This document shows positions 20,189 to 30,641 of a DNA stretch of 64,000 nt, one piece after another. Position 1 is the stretch's first letter; each line of letters opens with the position of its first letter. Below the pieces are notes generated by a model. It saw only the letters and a list, made by a program, of their open reading frames with translations. It had not been told where the DNA came from and searched no databases. Origin of the DNA: Nitrosopumilus sp. Lineage in GTDB: Archaea > Thermoproteota > Nitrososphaeria > Nitrososphaerales > Nitrosopumilaceae. Where the stretch lies: assembly GCA_965214775.1 (NCBI GenBank), contig OZ243974.1, forward strand, positions 992,001-1,056,000, read 5' to 3'. Both the position numbers and the translations under genes were made by a program.

Positions 20189-20274
20189 AGTGCGGACAAT
20201 TGAAAATGGAACATTTCTTGCCGAGGCAGGCACGATATGTCAAAATTACGTTCCATTTTTTGATGTGTACACTA
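20189..20274. mobile_element. MITE family D
   Basis: AGTGCGGACAATTGAAA...AGGCACGATATGTCAAAA...GATGTGTACACTA; four copies in the window. Confidence 0.8.
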
Positions 20275-20290
20275 CAGAATCTAGATTAGT

Positions 20291-21049
20291 GTGGTGCATT
20301 CAACATATGTCATGTCTGAGAACGTTTCTGAAGAAAGATGTATCATCATTCCTGATATCCACAATGATTTTCAAACCGCTGAAAAAATAATTCAGTATGA
20401 AAAGCCAGACAAGGTAGTTTTTCTCGGGGATTATTTTGACAGTTTTTATGACACCGGCAGGGATGCTGCAAGGACTGCAGAGTGGCTGGTCAAATCATTG
20501 AAAACAAAAAACAGAGTTCATCTGTTCGGAAATCATGATCTTGGATACATGACAGGCAACCGCAATTTGAAGTGCTCTGGTTTTGCTGAGGAAAAATATC
20601 ATTCAATTAAAAGGCACTCCATTCCATGGAAAGAACTTGGAGCATATTATTGGCTTGATAAAAATTGGCTTTGCACACATGCGGGCGTATCATATGACTT
20701 TCTCAAGCAACATGGCTCGTCAAAAACCGATTCCATCCACAAAATCTTGGATCTCTCAAAGAAGGATTTGGAAAAAATTGATGACGAGTCTTTTGCCCAT
20801 ACATTTTTTCAGGTGGGATACTTTAGAGGCGGCTCAAATGGTGTGGGGGGTCCTCTATGGTGTGATTATGATGAATTCGTGCCCATTCCCGGCCTAAACC
20901 AGATATTTGGCCACACAAAATCCGACTCTGTCAGATATGTCAGAGCTGAGAATTCGGTGAACTGTTGCATTGATACGGGTCTTGACCATTATGCTGTTTA
21001 TCATGAACATACAGTAAAAATCAAAGAAAATCTCATTTCCAAAAAATGA
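20291..21049 (+). CDS. Calcineurin-like metallophosphoesterase
   Basis: DIH, GDYFD, GNHD, THAG and GHT motifs. Confidence 0.9.
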   Translation: MVHSTYVMSENVSEERCIIIPDIHNDFQTAEKIIQYEKPDKVVFLGDYFDSFYDTGRDAARTAEWLVKSLKTKNRVHLFGNHDLGYMTGNRNLKCSGFAEEKYHSIKRHSIPWKELGAYYWLDKNWLCTHAGVSYDFLKQHGSSKTDSIHKILDLSKKDLEKIDDESFAHTFFQVGYFRGGSNGVGGPLWCDYDEFVPIPGLNQIFGHTKSDSVRYVRAENSVNCCIDTGLDHYAVYHEHTVKIKENLISKK

Positions 21050-21329
21050 ACGTGTGCGAGGTCACGTATGCCTTGACACCGTTTCCATTCTGGTTACAAA
21101 ACAACAGCTCATTTTGTTCCGGTTTGATGTGTAGATTCGCTGTACCTGGTTTGATTGAGAACTTTTCGTGACTGGATATGAACGAGGCTCAAAGACTGGT
21201 GATCACATACGGATCTTTGTACTCAACCCAGCAGTCTCCAAAGAATTCTGTAAGAACATCTGCCATTACTCAAGGAATCGCCAAATCAAAATCATTCGCG
21301 ATTAGCATCTCATGATCAATTGAGAGCAG

Positions 21330-21411
21330 TAGACTTTATGCGTAATCGACTTGAATGAGACAGATTTGTTCGTAACAATCCTAGTTTTGAATCGATTACG
21401 CATAAGGTCTA
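21330..21411. mobile_element. MITE family C
   Basis: TIR TAGACYTTATGCGTAATCG; 82 bp. Confidence 0.85.
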
Positions 21412-21490
21412 GTCTATTCTCCGGCCATCTACGAAATGTGCTGAAAAATCTGGCAAAAACGGAAAACCAAGGCACGAGACACGCCTTAAA

Positions 21491-21579
21491 GTACGAGTTT
21501 GCCCCTTAGGCGTCCTGGTGTCTGGAGCCTTCATGATCACGCCTGCCACGCCGTATCTCGGGGAGGGGCAAACTCGTAC
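21491..21579. mobile_element. MITE family A
   Basis: TIR GTACGAGTTTGCCCCT; flanked by 9-bp direct repeat CGCCTTAAA. Confidence 0.88.
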
Positions 21580-21769
21580 CGCCTTAAAACACCAAACAAC
21601 AAGGTAGAACCGATCCTTCTGGTTCAGATTTCGCTTGGCTGCCTAACATAACAAAATATTTCCACCTGAATTCTGTTTTGCAGTCAGAGGTAATAATCAC
21701 AGATTGGCTGGATGCCTAAAGAAACGAGGGTCGGGTCGGAGGATTTGAATCGCTGTCTTTTTTTTTGAA

Positions 21770-22132
21770 TCATCCTTCTACTGTAAAGATATTCTGAATT
21801 GTTTTAATTGGATCAAAATCTGAAACTTTAGAAATTATTTTTTCAGAAGAATCCTCGACTTTGCTGATTTGATTTGTGATTTTGTCACCTGCCTTGCTTA
21901 TTTCGTTTGTGACGGAGTCCGTTGCCTTGTCAAGTATTTTGTCAACTGATTCGTCTATTCTCTTCTCAACAGATTCAGATGCGGTTGTGCCTATATTTGA
22001 TACGTCGTCTTTGATGGAATCAATTACCGTTGCAGAGGTCGTAGGAAAGAAAGCGCCAATCTCGTGTGAAAATATCATGCAGCCTAGAATAATGATGCCT
22101 GCAATTATGCCTAATTTTATGAGCATTCCCAA
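21770..22132 (-). CDS. Membrane-anchored hypothetical protein
   Basis: N-terminal TM followed by amphipathic helices. Confidence 0.7.
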   Translation of the reverse strand: MGMLIKLGIIAGIIILGCMIFSHEIGAFFPTTSATVIDSIKDDVSNIGTTASESVEKRIDESVDKILDKATDSVTNEISKAGDKITNQISKVEDSSEKIISKVSDFDPIKTIQNIFTVEG

Positions 22133-22195
22133 TAATCATAGAAAATAGATTTTAGGCCGGAACTAAAAAAAATGTTCGAGACTGATTGAATTTTC

Positions 22196-22609
22196 TTAGC
22201 TAATTTCCTCTTCTTTGCCAAAAGCAATCCAGTCAACAATCCTGTCAATCTGGGGTGACGTGAGAATTACCTTGATTGGGCCTAACGGAGACTCCTCTGC
22301 TTGTTCACAGATTGCCGCTTTTCCAGCAAATGCCGCCTGCTTGTTCAGATAAATCCAGGTCGAGTTTCCATCCAGATTTTTTTGAAGATGTTTTCTGTAC
22401 GTTTTTTGGGAATGTCTTGAATGGATCGATTCGACGATTTTTTCTAATGATGAAAGGGATTCAGAGGTTGACGAGATTGAAAATTTTCCGTTGTTTGTTT
22501 CAGAGTCTGGAAAAATGTTAGAGATTGCCCGGGTTATTTTTTGTGGATCCTCGCTGGGGTTAACGGAGGTAAAAAGTTCAATCTTGCAAGGAATTGACGG
22601 AATTTTCAT
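22196..22609 (-). CDS. UPF0201-like RNA-binding protein
   Basis: VNPSEDPQKI..AISNIFP; LNKQAAFAG; ESPLGPI. Confidence 0.85.
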   Translation of the reverse strand: MKIPSIPCKIELFTSVNPSEDPQKITRAISNIFPDSETNNGKFSISSTSESLSSLEKIVESIHSRHSQKTYRKHLQKNLDGNSTWIYLNKQAAFAGKAAICEQAEESPLGPIKVILTSPQIDRIVDWIAFGKEEEIS

Positions 22610-23154
22610 TCTGTCCAGCTTTGGATGATTTCGTATGCCGAAGAAATTAACTCGTCTTTTGTCAGACCAATGTTTGTGATGGCATGGTCAGACAATGCGA
22701 TCGGATTGCTAATTCCAACTCCTAATTCCCTGTTATCCCGTTCTTCAAAATGTTCCTTGGTTTGGGGATCGTCTGAACGCCCGCGTTTTTGCAGAAAATC
22801 AAATCTCGTGTCGGCAGATGCGTGGATTGCCAAAAGTTTTACGTTTCCAAATTTTCGTAGAACGCTAACTTCGTCATTGGAGCGGATGCCGTCAATTAAA
22901 ATTATGTTTGAAGAGGAATTTTCAATTTGGTCTTTGATTAGTTTGGCAACTGCCCCGGGTCCGTTTTTTTCTCTAAGTTCCAGCATCAGTCTTCCAAGAT
23001 TAGAGCGGGAGGGTTCCAAGCTTCTACGTTTTGCTTCTTCCCTGACTGTGTCTCCCAGGTTGATGGTTTCATAGCCCCTTGGTTTTAGTCCGTCAGCAAC
23101 AGTTGACTTGCCGGCTCCAGGCATTCCAGTCAGGCATACGATCAGTTTTGTCAA
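22606..23154 (-). CDS. UPF0200 / archaeal dephospho-CoA kinase-like P-loop kinase
   Basis: TGMPGAGKST, DGIRS, RGRSDD, RDNREL. Confidence 0.88.
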   Translation of the reverse strand: MTKLIVCLTGMPGAGKSTVADGLKPRGYETINLGDTVREEAKRRSLEPSRSNLGRLMLELREKNGPGAVAKLIKDQIENSSSNIILIDGIRSNDEVSVLRKFGNVKLLAIHASADTRFDFLQKRGRSDDPQTKEHFEERDNRELGVGISNPIALSDHAITNIGLTKDELISSAYEIIQSWTE

Positions 23155-23319
23155 TATATGAGAAAAAGTGTAGTCTGGCCTATGAAGCTACCGGAAATGC
23201 ACAACGTCATGTACTCCGTAAAACCAGGCGTGAACAGGAAATTCGGATGAATGTTTTGCGCCTAGCAATCTGAGGATCTGTTGTTGTACAATGATTTTAA
23301 GATCGACTGTGCGAAAAAC

Positions 23320-23418
23320 GGTAATATCGGGTAGTGGTTTATCCCACCGGTTTCAGGGACCGGCGAGATCCTGTATGAGCAGGGTTTCACGTGGGTTCGA
23401 ATCCCACCATGACTGCCA
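23320..23418 (+). tRNA. tRNA-Leu(CAG)-like, atypical (long variable arm, mismatched acceptor stem)
   Basis: D arm GGG-TAGTGGTTTAT-CCC, anticodon arm CCGGT-TTCAGGG-ACCGG, T arm GTGGG-TTCGAAT-CCCAC, terminal GCCA. Confidence 0.7.
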
Positions 23419-23456
23419 ATTTAGTATTGCATCAAAAATAAAAAAAGGTCGGGATC

Positions 23457-23785
23457 TGGGATTCTGCAATCTTGGTGATATAGACATGGAATCACGATCT
23501 TCTCCAGATTGGAATTTATGCCTAGACAGAATCCTTGCTTAGTGAGGCATTTTGAATGATCGTCTTCCACTTGTTCGTACCATCCACGCTTATCAGGGAC
23601 GATTCTGTCGGGGTCTGGCCGTACAATGCACCGTGTTTTTTCGTAAAATTATAGACCCCTCATTCCGTCAAGTATGATGGTGTCCGTCTTCTTGAGGCCC
23701 AGAAACACCTTCTCACAGTCTCTGATCTCGCCGTTAATCCTCTACATCTTGTTGTTGTTATCATGGTCATGCTTGCCGGCAGCGT
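23457..23785 (-). pseudogene. IS6-family transposase 3' fragment with element end
   Basis: Reverse strand matches the C-terminus of the 45410 transposase (AGKHDHDNNNKM*RINGEIRD.EKVF.GLKK...KWKTIIQNASLSK) with stop and frameshift. Confidence 0.85.
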
Positions 23786-24017
23786 TGCCTCGAGGGTAAA
23801 CTCTTGCGAAGGGCAGGACGCTCAAGGCAATAGCAGAGGAGCTGAAGGTGACGCCCCAGTACGTGGGCAGACTGTGCGCCGAGTTCGAAAGAACCGGCGT
23901 AATACACGTGCAAAAGAGTCCCGGCAGGCCAGCATCGCCGCCGCCCTCAAGCGATGAGGTTCGGACGGTACTTCGCCTGTACGCCGAGCAGGACATCGGT
24001 GTGGTGCGCACGGCCAG

Positions 24018-25176
24018 AGAGTTGATTCGAAATTAGCAAATTTTGATCAAATGGGCACATATTGTACACCAACCCGATCCAAATGCAGGCAAAATGTACA
24101 TAATTCATGAAGTTGTTTGATAAATTATCAAAAAATCCCCGGACATTCAGGATGTTTGCCGGCATGACTGCCCCCGAATTTGATTTGTTGTATGCAAAGG
24201 TGGCAAAAAAACACCCAAAGATGGACAGAAAGAGGCTGCTTTCTGCCAAAAAAGACCGCAAGCGTGACATCGGTGCAGGACGCCCGACTGCCCTGAACCT
24301 AAAGGAGAGTCTTCTGCTGTCCCTGTTCTACTACAGGACGTACGTCACGCAGGACGTGGCATCTGCCATGTTCGGCATTGGACAGGCATCAGTCTCGCGC
24401 ACAATTGACAGGATTGCGCCGGTTCTCAAGCAGTGCCTGTCGATCCCCGAAAAGATCTATTCGGGCACCAAGAGAATATCCTCAGTAGAGGAGCTAATGG
24501 ACGTACTTCCAGAACTTGTCTGCCTGACAGATGCCTCAGAGCAAAAGATATGCAGGCCCAAGAGAAAGGACATGGAGAGATCGCACTATTCAGGCAAGGC
24601 AGGCACGCACACAGTCAAGGTCCAGTATACCACCAACATTCACGGACTCATAGTGCACAAGACGCCCCACTCTCCGGGACGCGTAAACGACATCACAATG
24701 TACCAGATGAGGCATCCCACGTTCCGGTACGACCAAAGAAAGGAGAAAGAGAAAGAGAAAAAGTGTCCCGGCGGCGGCGGGGATGGTGATGCGCCGCAAC
24801 AACAACAAAAGAGCACAAAGCTGCGTCACTACATGGACCGCGGATACCAGGGAGCACAGTCAGTGGATGCAGGCACGGACGTCATACTCCCAATCAAGAA
24901 AAAACCGGGCGGCAAGCTCACTGATGCGGAAAAAGAGTACAATATCACGCACTCAAAGATACGCGTGTACGTGGAGAACACCATACGCAGGGTCAAAACA
25001 TACAGAATAATGGGCGACCGGTACCGAAACCCACTCAAAAAGTACGACCTTGCCAACAGTATCGTGTGCGGACTGGTCAACGATAGGGCGTTGGCCAGAA
25101 TCGCTGCTGCGGCCTGAGTGGCGGCAGCAGAACGGCTGCGGACGGGGCACTCGATTTCTAATTTCGGATCACCTCT
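24018..25176 (+). mobile_element. IS5-family (ISL2-like, DDE_Tnp_4) insertion sequence
   Basis: TIR AGAGKTGATYCGAAATTAG; 3-bp TSD CAG. Confidence 0.9.
24107..25117 (+). CDS. IS5-family transposase
   Basis: FRMFAGMT HTH, DASEQ, YSGKAGTH, DRGYQG, RVYVENTIRRVK. Confidence 0.92.
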   Translation: MKLFDKLSKNPRTFRMFAGMTAPEFDLLYAKVAKKHPKMDRKRLLSAKKDRKRDIGAGRPTALNLKESLLLSLFYYRTYVTQDVASAMFGIGQASVSRTIDRIAPVLKQCLSIPEKIYSGTKRISSVEELMDVLPELVCLTDASEQKICRPKRKDMERSHYSGKAGTHTVKVQYTTNIHGLIVHKTPHSPGRVNDITMYQMRHPTFRYDQRKEKEKEKKCPGGGGDGDAPQQQQKSTKLRHYMDRGYQGAQSVDAGTDVILPIKKKPGGKLTDAEKEYNITHSKIRVYVENTIRRVKTYRIMGDRYRNPLKKYDLANSIVCGLVNDRALARIAAAA

Positions 25177-26022
25177 CAGGCGTGCAAGGGAGGAATTGAA
25201 TATAAGCTACAACTCTGTATACAGGATAATGAGTGAGAACAAGCTGGTCTCAAAGTCTGCTGCAAGATCTGGACAGCGCAAGTGGCTACGCTATGAGCGC
25301 AAGTACTCCAACGCAATGTGGCACGTGGACTGGCACGATATGAAGGATCCACGCCTGAGAGGGCTCAAATTAGTCACGTTTTTGGACGATTCATCCAGAT
25401 GTATCATGGCGGCACGGACGTTTGCCGAGGCCACATCAGAAAACGTGGTGATAACACTCAGGGATGCCATAGACAGATTTGGCACGCCGGCTACCATACT
25501 GTCTGACAACGGCAGGTGCTTCAACGGCGGCCGTAGCAAGAAGAACATGCCAAAGGGGACGTGGAAGCCGACTGCATTTGAGGCCGAGCTGCTGGACCGG
25601 GGCATCGGGCTGATAAACTCCAGGCCGTACCATCCGGAGACCAACGGCAAGCTGGAACGGTTGCACGGCAGCATAGAGAAGGAAATCCACCACTATGAGA
25701 GCCTGCCTGCATACGTAGAGCGCTATAATGAGCGCAGGCTGCACTTTGCACTCGATATCGACAGATGTGAAACGTAGCTGTAGGCGTTCTCTGCAAGGGG
25801 GCCACAGAAGCGATCAGGAAAAGCAGCCCAAAATGGATGGGGAATGCCAATGACTAACGAACATGATTTCCATATAACACACCGGAATTTCTTCGGCAAA
25901 AATATTTCAAGGCGATCAAATCGGTCTGATAACGAACCAGTTGTGTCATCCAGCTACCAGACACGCTTGTTGTGACCTACCTAGTTATATGCACTACCCA
26001 CAAAAAACATCATTATATTGCT

Positions 26023-26130
26023 CTTGATGCCGTATTGTGGCATGCCTTTGAGTACACCTCTGTCGCATCTGCAAGCTGGTCGCTGGATATGTGGACTTGA
26101 TGCCGTATTGTGGCATGCCTTTGAGTACAC
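26023..26130. repeat. Two identical 35-bp repeats with a 38-bp spacer (mini-CRISPR-like)
   Basis: CTTGATGCCGTATTGTGGCATGCCTTTGAGTACAC at 26023-26057 and 26096-26130; internal ATGCC/GGCAT hairpin. Confidence 0.8.
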
Positions 26131-26939
26131 AGCATACACACGGCAACCTAATGTCATACAAGGTGTATGTCAGGCCCGCGGTCCACAGAATGTATGGCTA
26201 TAACACAAAGACCGCATCAAAGCACCAAAAAAACGTGCACATGCTGCTGCAAGCCCTGTTTGCTCACGGGACTGGCACTACGTGGGATCTGGCAAAGGTC
26301 CGGCGGCTCAAGGCTGCCGCCATAAGGGAACAAGAAAAGGTCTACCGGCGTCTTCTAGTAGGCAGGACAGACAGGGGAAGGTACTCTGGAGGCCTGCTGG
26401 ATGCCGGCCTAGTGGTAAGGGACGACGACGCGCAAGAAGGGAAGAATAGCCCATATGCCAGATACAGGCTGTCAATGTACGGCATATTGTACTGCGTTGA
26501 CGTGTTGGAGCCTACCAAAAAGGAGACGGACAGCATGGTCAGGCAGTACGCGTTCCTGCTGCCACGGGTGTTTGGCATGTGGAAGCCACTAAAACATGTC
26601 TTGGGCAGGGAGGCGGCATATGACGGCCTGAAAATACTCTCAAAGGGACTGTACCTCAACAACATCAGCATGGCGCGCACCGACAGCCCGTTGTACGAGC
26701 TGATGTCGTTCATCCACGTAAAGTACAGGCACAGGTTCGAGTCGATATCGCAGCACGACCTCTCCGAGCAGGTGTCATACTGGTTTTTCACGTTTCTGCT
26801 GTACCTGGATCCGAAAAGCCTGAAGGCGGTGCTGGCGCAGGACGAGCAGCTGCACAAGTGGTACAAGGATTTTTTCAGACAGGCCAAGAGCTATTATGCC
26901 GAGCGGATGCGGGCAATGAGGGGATCCGGGATTTTTTGA
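26091..26939 (+). CDS. Hypothetical protein with winged-helix-like N-terminus (true start likely ATG 26151)
   Basis: LFAHGTGTTWDLAK...GLLDAGLVVR...YRLSMYG. Confidence 0.75.
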   Translation: MDLMPYCGMPLSTQHTHGNLMSYKVYVRPAVHRMYGYNTKTASKHQKNVHMLLQALFAHGTGTTWDLAKVRRLKAAAIREQEKVYRRLLVGRTDRGRYSGGLLDAGLVVRDDDAQEGKNSPYARYRLSMYGILYCVDVLEPTKKETDSMVRQYAFLLPRVFGMWKPLKHVLGREAAYDGLKILSKGLYLNNISMARTDSPLYELMSFIHVKYRHRFESISQHDLSEQVSYWFFTFLLYLDPKSLKAVLAQDEQLHKWYKDFFRQAKSYYAERMRAMRGSGIF

Positions 26940-27022
26940 AGGATGGTGGTATCTTGAATGACGGTAACGAATCTTTTGCATAGTTTCCGGAAAAATCTTC
27001 AAAATACCGCTTTATGTATTGG

Positions 27023-27385
27023 TCATTCTTCAATTAACCTTATTGCTTTTTCTATGTCCATATCAGATTCCCAATATGCACCTATTGCATTTTCAGAGCC
27101 GGTAAATTTTTCAAGATAGTCGATGTCTTTTTCCCATTTATTAATTATCTTTATTGCCAGTTCTACATTTCCTTCAGCAAAGTCATACCCTTTCGATGCG
27201 ATTCTGATAGATGTCCTAGTTTGTTCAAAAATATATTCTATTTTTTCATTACGTATTTTGTTTTCTTTCATCCACAACTCATTGAAAGGACAAGATGTGT
27301 AATTGCATTCATCCGAATAATAGATAGCTATCGGCACAGATATTATTGGAATTAAAGTCAAAAATAAAATCTTGTTAATTTTCAT
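27023..27385 (-). CDS. Membrane-anchored hypothetical protein
   Basis: MKINKILFLTLIPIISVPIAIYY TM; more plausible start than the ORF-track start. Confidence 0.55.
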   Translation of the reverse strand: MKINKILFLTLIPIISVPIAIYYSDECNYTSCPFNELWMKENKIRNEKIEYIFEQTRTSIRIASKGYDFAEGNVELAIKIINKWEKDIDYLEKFTGSENAIGAYWESDMDIEKAIRLIEE

Positions 27386-27404
27386 TATAAAAAAAGAAAA
27401 GGGA

Positions 27405-28016
27405 TTAGATGGCCTCATTGAGTGCCTTGTCCAACAGCTTGCCATCCCTGTGTCTGTCATTGTATGCCTTGTCGTCAACAACTTTGTATTTTCCGTACTT
27501 GCCGAGCTCTACAAAGTAGAATCCGTCATCATCAAAGACGGGACCGTTTTTGCCATGTCCCACATGAAGTATGACTTCTTCACCGATTTCAAACTGTGGT
27601 TCGAAGCCGTGCATGTAGAATTTGTCGGATTCATACACGCCGCCCAGATACACGGTAAACTGGTCGCCTTCTTTCAATTTGAGATCTGGAGTGATATCCT
27701 TGGCTTTTTCATCAAGTTCAATTGTTATCGGTACAAAGCCCAGCTGGTTTTTTGATTCGTCACTCCAATCAATCGGATCCCCCACAGAAAGAACCGTTCC
27801 CTTGACGGTTAACACCACTGTGGGCTTGGTTTCGCTGATTTCTTCGGTTGCCAGCATGACGTCGGTTGGGGCAACAGCAATGTTTGGATTTGCCTTTGTA
27901 ATGTCAGATTGCACATAAACATAACTCTCATCAGATGAACTCAATGATGCTACCATGCCAATGGAAACAGCAACGATGACAACAATGCTAAATATGGCTA
28001 ATTTTTGTCTGTTCAT
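27405..28016 (-). CDS. Exported hypothetical protein
   Basis: N-terminal TM and beta-rich domain; operonic with the peptidase. Confidence 0.75.
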   Translation of the reverse strand: MNRQKLAIFSIVVIVAVSIGMVASLSSSDESYVYVQSDITKANPNIAVAPTDVMLATEEISETKPTVVLTVKGTVLSVGDPIDWSDESKNQLGFVPITIELDEKAKDITPDLKLKEGDQFTVYLGGVYESDKFYMHGFEPQFEIGEEVILHVGHGKNGPVFDDDGFYFVELGKYGKYKVVDDKAYNDRHRDGKLLDKALNEAI

Positions 28017-28025
28017 TTTTTTCTC

Positions 28026-28751
28026 CTACGTATAATGATCATTTATGTCATTTAGATCCTCTGTTCTAAGCTGTGATTGATCAGAGTTGCATCCACTCTT
28101 CATCGCAGTATGACCATCCCAAGCGCCCCAATGCCATACATGATGGCCCAAGCCTGCAAAGTGACCAAACTCGTGTGTGATCACGTAATCTGGGTTTACT
28201 TCGCCGAAAATAATGTTGCATCCGACATCCGGATCATAATTCAGGCTGTTGTTAGTGTTAAGCCAAATTACTTTGTACTGACCGCCGCCACCCGAATAGC
28301 TACCGGTGGCACCAAAGACATTTGTGCTTCCAAGATATGCGGCACCAAGCCTGCTGTTGTATCCGGGATTGTTGGAGGAAACAACAGTTAGGTCAAAATC
28401 TGTCGAATGAATTGTATGTCTTGGAACTTCTGCAATGAGGGTCAACGCAACGCCATTATTTTCCGATCCATCATAAGTTACATCATCTAACGCATCCATG
28501 TCATACCATATGGTTTCTGAAGACGATGCACTGAATGGTTCAAAATTCATAATGTCGCCATTTGAATCATGTGCATAAGCGGGTGTCATCATAACAATTG
28601 TCAAGACAGTTACAAGGAAGGATATCGAGGTTGCTGAAACAGCTTTCGTGTTTTTTGTTTTGTGATTCATGTTGTTGCCTGTATCACGATCACTTGTTAT
28701 ATAACAACTGCTAGCCGTTTGCGGTATGCCTTTTGCGCACGAAACGAGCAA
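28026..28751 (-). CDS. Secreted zinc metallopeptidase (metzincin/matrixin-like); true start ~28670
   Basis: Signal peptide PAYA-H; HEFGHFAGLGH zinc motif; Met-turn TAMKS. Confidence 0.82.
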   Translation of the reverse strand: MLVSCAKGIPQTASSCYITSDRDTGNNMNHKTKNTKAVSATSISFLVTVLTIVMMTPAYAHDSNGDIMNFEPFSASSSETIWYDMDALDDVTYDGSENNGVALTLIAEVPRHTIHSTDFDLTVVSSNNPGYNSRLGAAYLGSTNVFGATGSYSGGGGQYKVIWLNTNNSLNYDPDVGCNIIFGEVNPDYVITHEFGHFAGLGHHVWHWGAWDGHTAMKSGCNSDQSQLRTEDLNDINDHYT

Positions 28752-28833
28752 GAACCGGATCCCGTACTCGTCAAATGGGTGCAGGAAGGATCGCCAGTGA
28801 AACGGCGATCCTCACCGGAAGATCTGTCTTGCG

Positions 28834-29008
28834 CTATTTTGCATGTCTCCTGATCGTCTTCCACAGGGTGTCTGGCTCGATGGGCTTGTTTATCATGCCC
28901 CTGAGGGAGGCTGCCTTTGCCCCTCCGTACTTTGCGTCGTCTATCATGTAGCTTGAGGTAAAGACTATCCGGGCATCCTGATCGTGCTTTCTCAGCAGCA
29001 GAAAGGTC
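28834..29008 (-). pseudogene. C-terminal half of a CheY-like response regulator, truncated by IS66
   Basis: TFLLLRKHDQDARIVFTSSY...MINKPIEPDTLWKTIRRHAK*; begins exactly at the IS66 end. Confidence 0.7.
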
Positions 29009-30641
29009 GTATGAGGTCACCTACCCCTCACAATAGGGTAAACATTACTGACGGTGCTGATCCTTATACTATGATCGCGTAGACTAGGCATTGTGAAAGG
29101 TCAGCTCTCCGCATGCTACGAGATCAAGGCATCTACAGCATCGCCCACGGAGACGATAAGGAATCTAAAAAAGGACCTCAAGGAGCGTGACAATATCATT
29201 GAGGAGCAGGGCAGGACCATTGAAAAGTTAAACAAGACACTTGAAAAGCGCGACAAGACCATCAGGGAGCAGGACAACCGGCTCCGATACTACGAGAACG
29301 AGAACTCGCCCCCGTCGGCAGACTCGCTGGAGTGGAAGAGGCAAAAGGCGCAGAGGAGAAAGGAGAGGGCCCGGCCCGATGCTGCAGCCGGGGATGACGG
29401 CACCGGGGAGGACAGAAAAAAGCCCGGCGGCCAGAAGGGCCACAATGGCGTATCGCGCACCCACCGGCCCACCAGGGTACAGAAACACTGCTTTCCGGGT
29501 GGACGGGCGCCGGAGTGCAAGCGGCACCACCACAGAGATCATGAAAAAGCCGCAGGTGCGCGACATGATAGGATTCAAGATAAAGTACACCGAGACGCGC
29601 CACGAGACACAGAGGGCAGTGTGCCCGAAATGCGGCACCATGCATACTGCCCCCGACGGCCTGCCCCGACGCGGCAGCTATGACACGAGCGTGGTCACAG
29701 CCGTCACAAAGCTGCGCAGCGAGGGCGTCCCACACAACAGGATCCCGGGTATAATGTCAGATATCTTGGGCGTGCACATGTCAAAGTCAACTGCAATCAA
29801 CAGCATAGGACGCGTCTGCGACGCCGCAAAGGCGCCTGCCGAGGCCATCGCAGAGGAGGTAAGAAGCTCAAAGACGGTCTGCATAGACGAGACGGGGATC
29901 AACCTGGCAGGCAGACTGGGATGGGCGTGGGCCATGCTGTCGGCGGTGGGCGTGTTCATGATATATGCAGACACCAGGAGCGCCCGGATCCTGGACCAGT
30001 ACATGGGCGGGTACGGGGGCGTCGTCACATCGGACGGATATCCCGCATACAAGAGGTTCGGGCTGCTGGGAAGGCTCCAGCGGTGCTGGGCGCACGAGCT
30101 GCGGTTCCTCCTGTATGGCTCGCAGAAAAAGGGCGCCCTGCTGTTTGCAGGAGTCCTGTACCGGCAGATGCAGCAGCTGTTCAAGGATGCCAAGGAGTGT
30201 CTTGAGGGCTGGGACAAGCAGTCCGGGGAGGATCTCCGGGAGCTCGAGGAGAGGACGGGGATAAGCAGTGCCGGCGGGCTGATGGGGCGGCACTCGCCGG
30301 AGCTGCGCCGGCGGTTTGAGACCAACATGCAGAACATGCTGTTCGGATACGTTGATGCATGGGGCGGCCCGCTGGAGCCCCTTCTCAAGAGGATGCACAG
30401 GGCCCTGCCGTGCATGTTTGCGTTTCTGGAATACGAGGGTGTCGAGCCGACCAACAATGGTGCAGAGCGGGCGCTGCGCCCCGTCGTACTTCAATTCAAG
30501 ATAAGCGGCCAGATCAAGGGAGGCCTGGTCTGGACGGAAAGGCATGGATGGCTCAATACATGTGTGTCGACATGGAAGCTGCAGGGCAAGTCCATCATGG
30601 ATGAGGTGGCCAAAATAATCTAGGGGTAGGTGACCACATAC
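29009..30641 (+). mobile_element. IS66-family element with frameshifted transposase (ORFs 29093-29683 and 29241-30623)
   Basis: TIR GTATGWGGTCACCTACCCCT (19/20); coiled coil, NSPPS, KPGGQKGH, IDETG, SDGY, QRCWAH, PTNNGAERALR; frame change near 29520; no TSD. Confidence 0.9.

Larger units (their letters stand above)
23805..25880 (+). pseudogene. IS481-family transposase interrupted by an IS5-family element
   Basis: HTH (LKAIAEELKVTPQYVGRL) upstream and rve core (WHVDWH, LDDSSR, SDNG, PETNGKLER) downstream; removing 24018-25176 and one CAG restores the frame VRTA-RRAREEL. Confidence 0.88.

Noticed and set aside
21725-21755. tRNA 3'-like fragment (GGAGGATTTGAATC) as an att site
   Set aside because: Too short and degenerate; matches neither tRNA in the window
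23350-23366. tRNA-Sec reading (TCA) of the atypical tRNA
   Set aside because: The stem register places CAG, not TCA, at the anticodon
29500-29540. Programmed frameshift in the IS66 transposase
   Set aside because: No slippery run at the junction; it looks like a small deletion in a Cys motif
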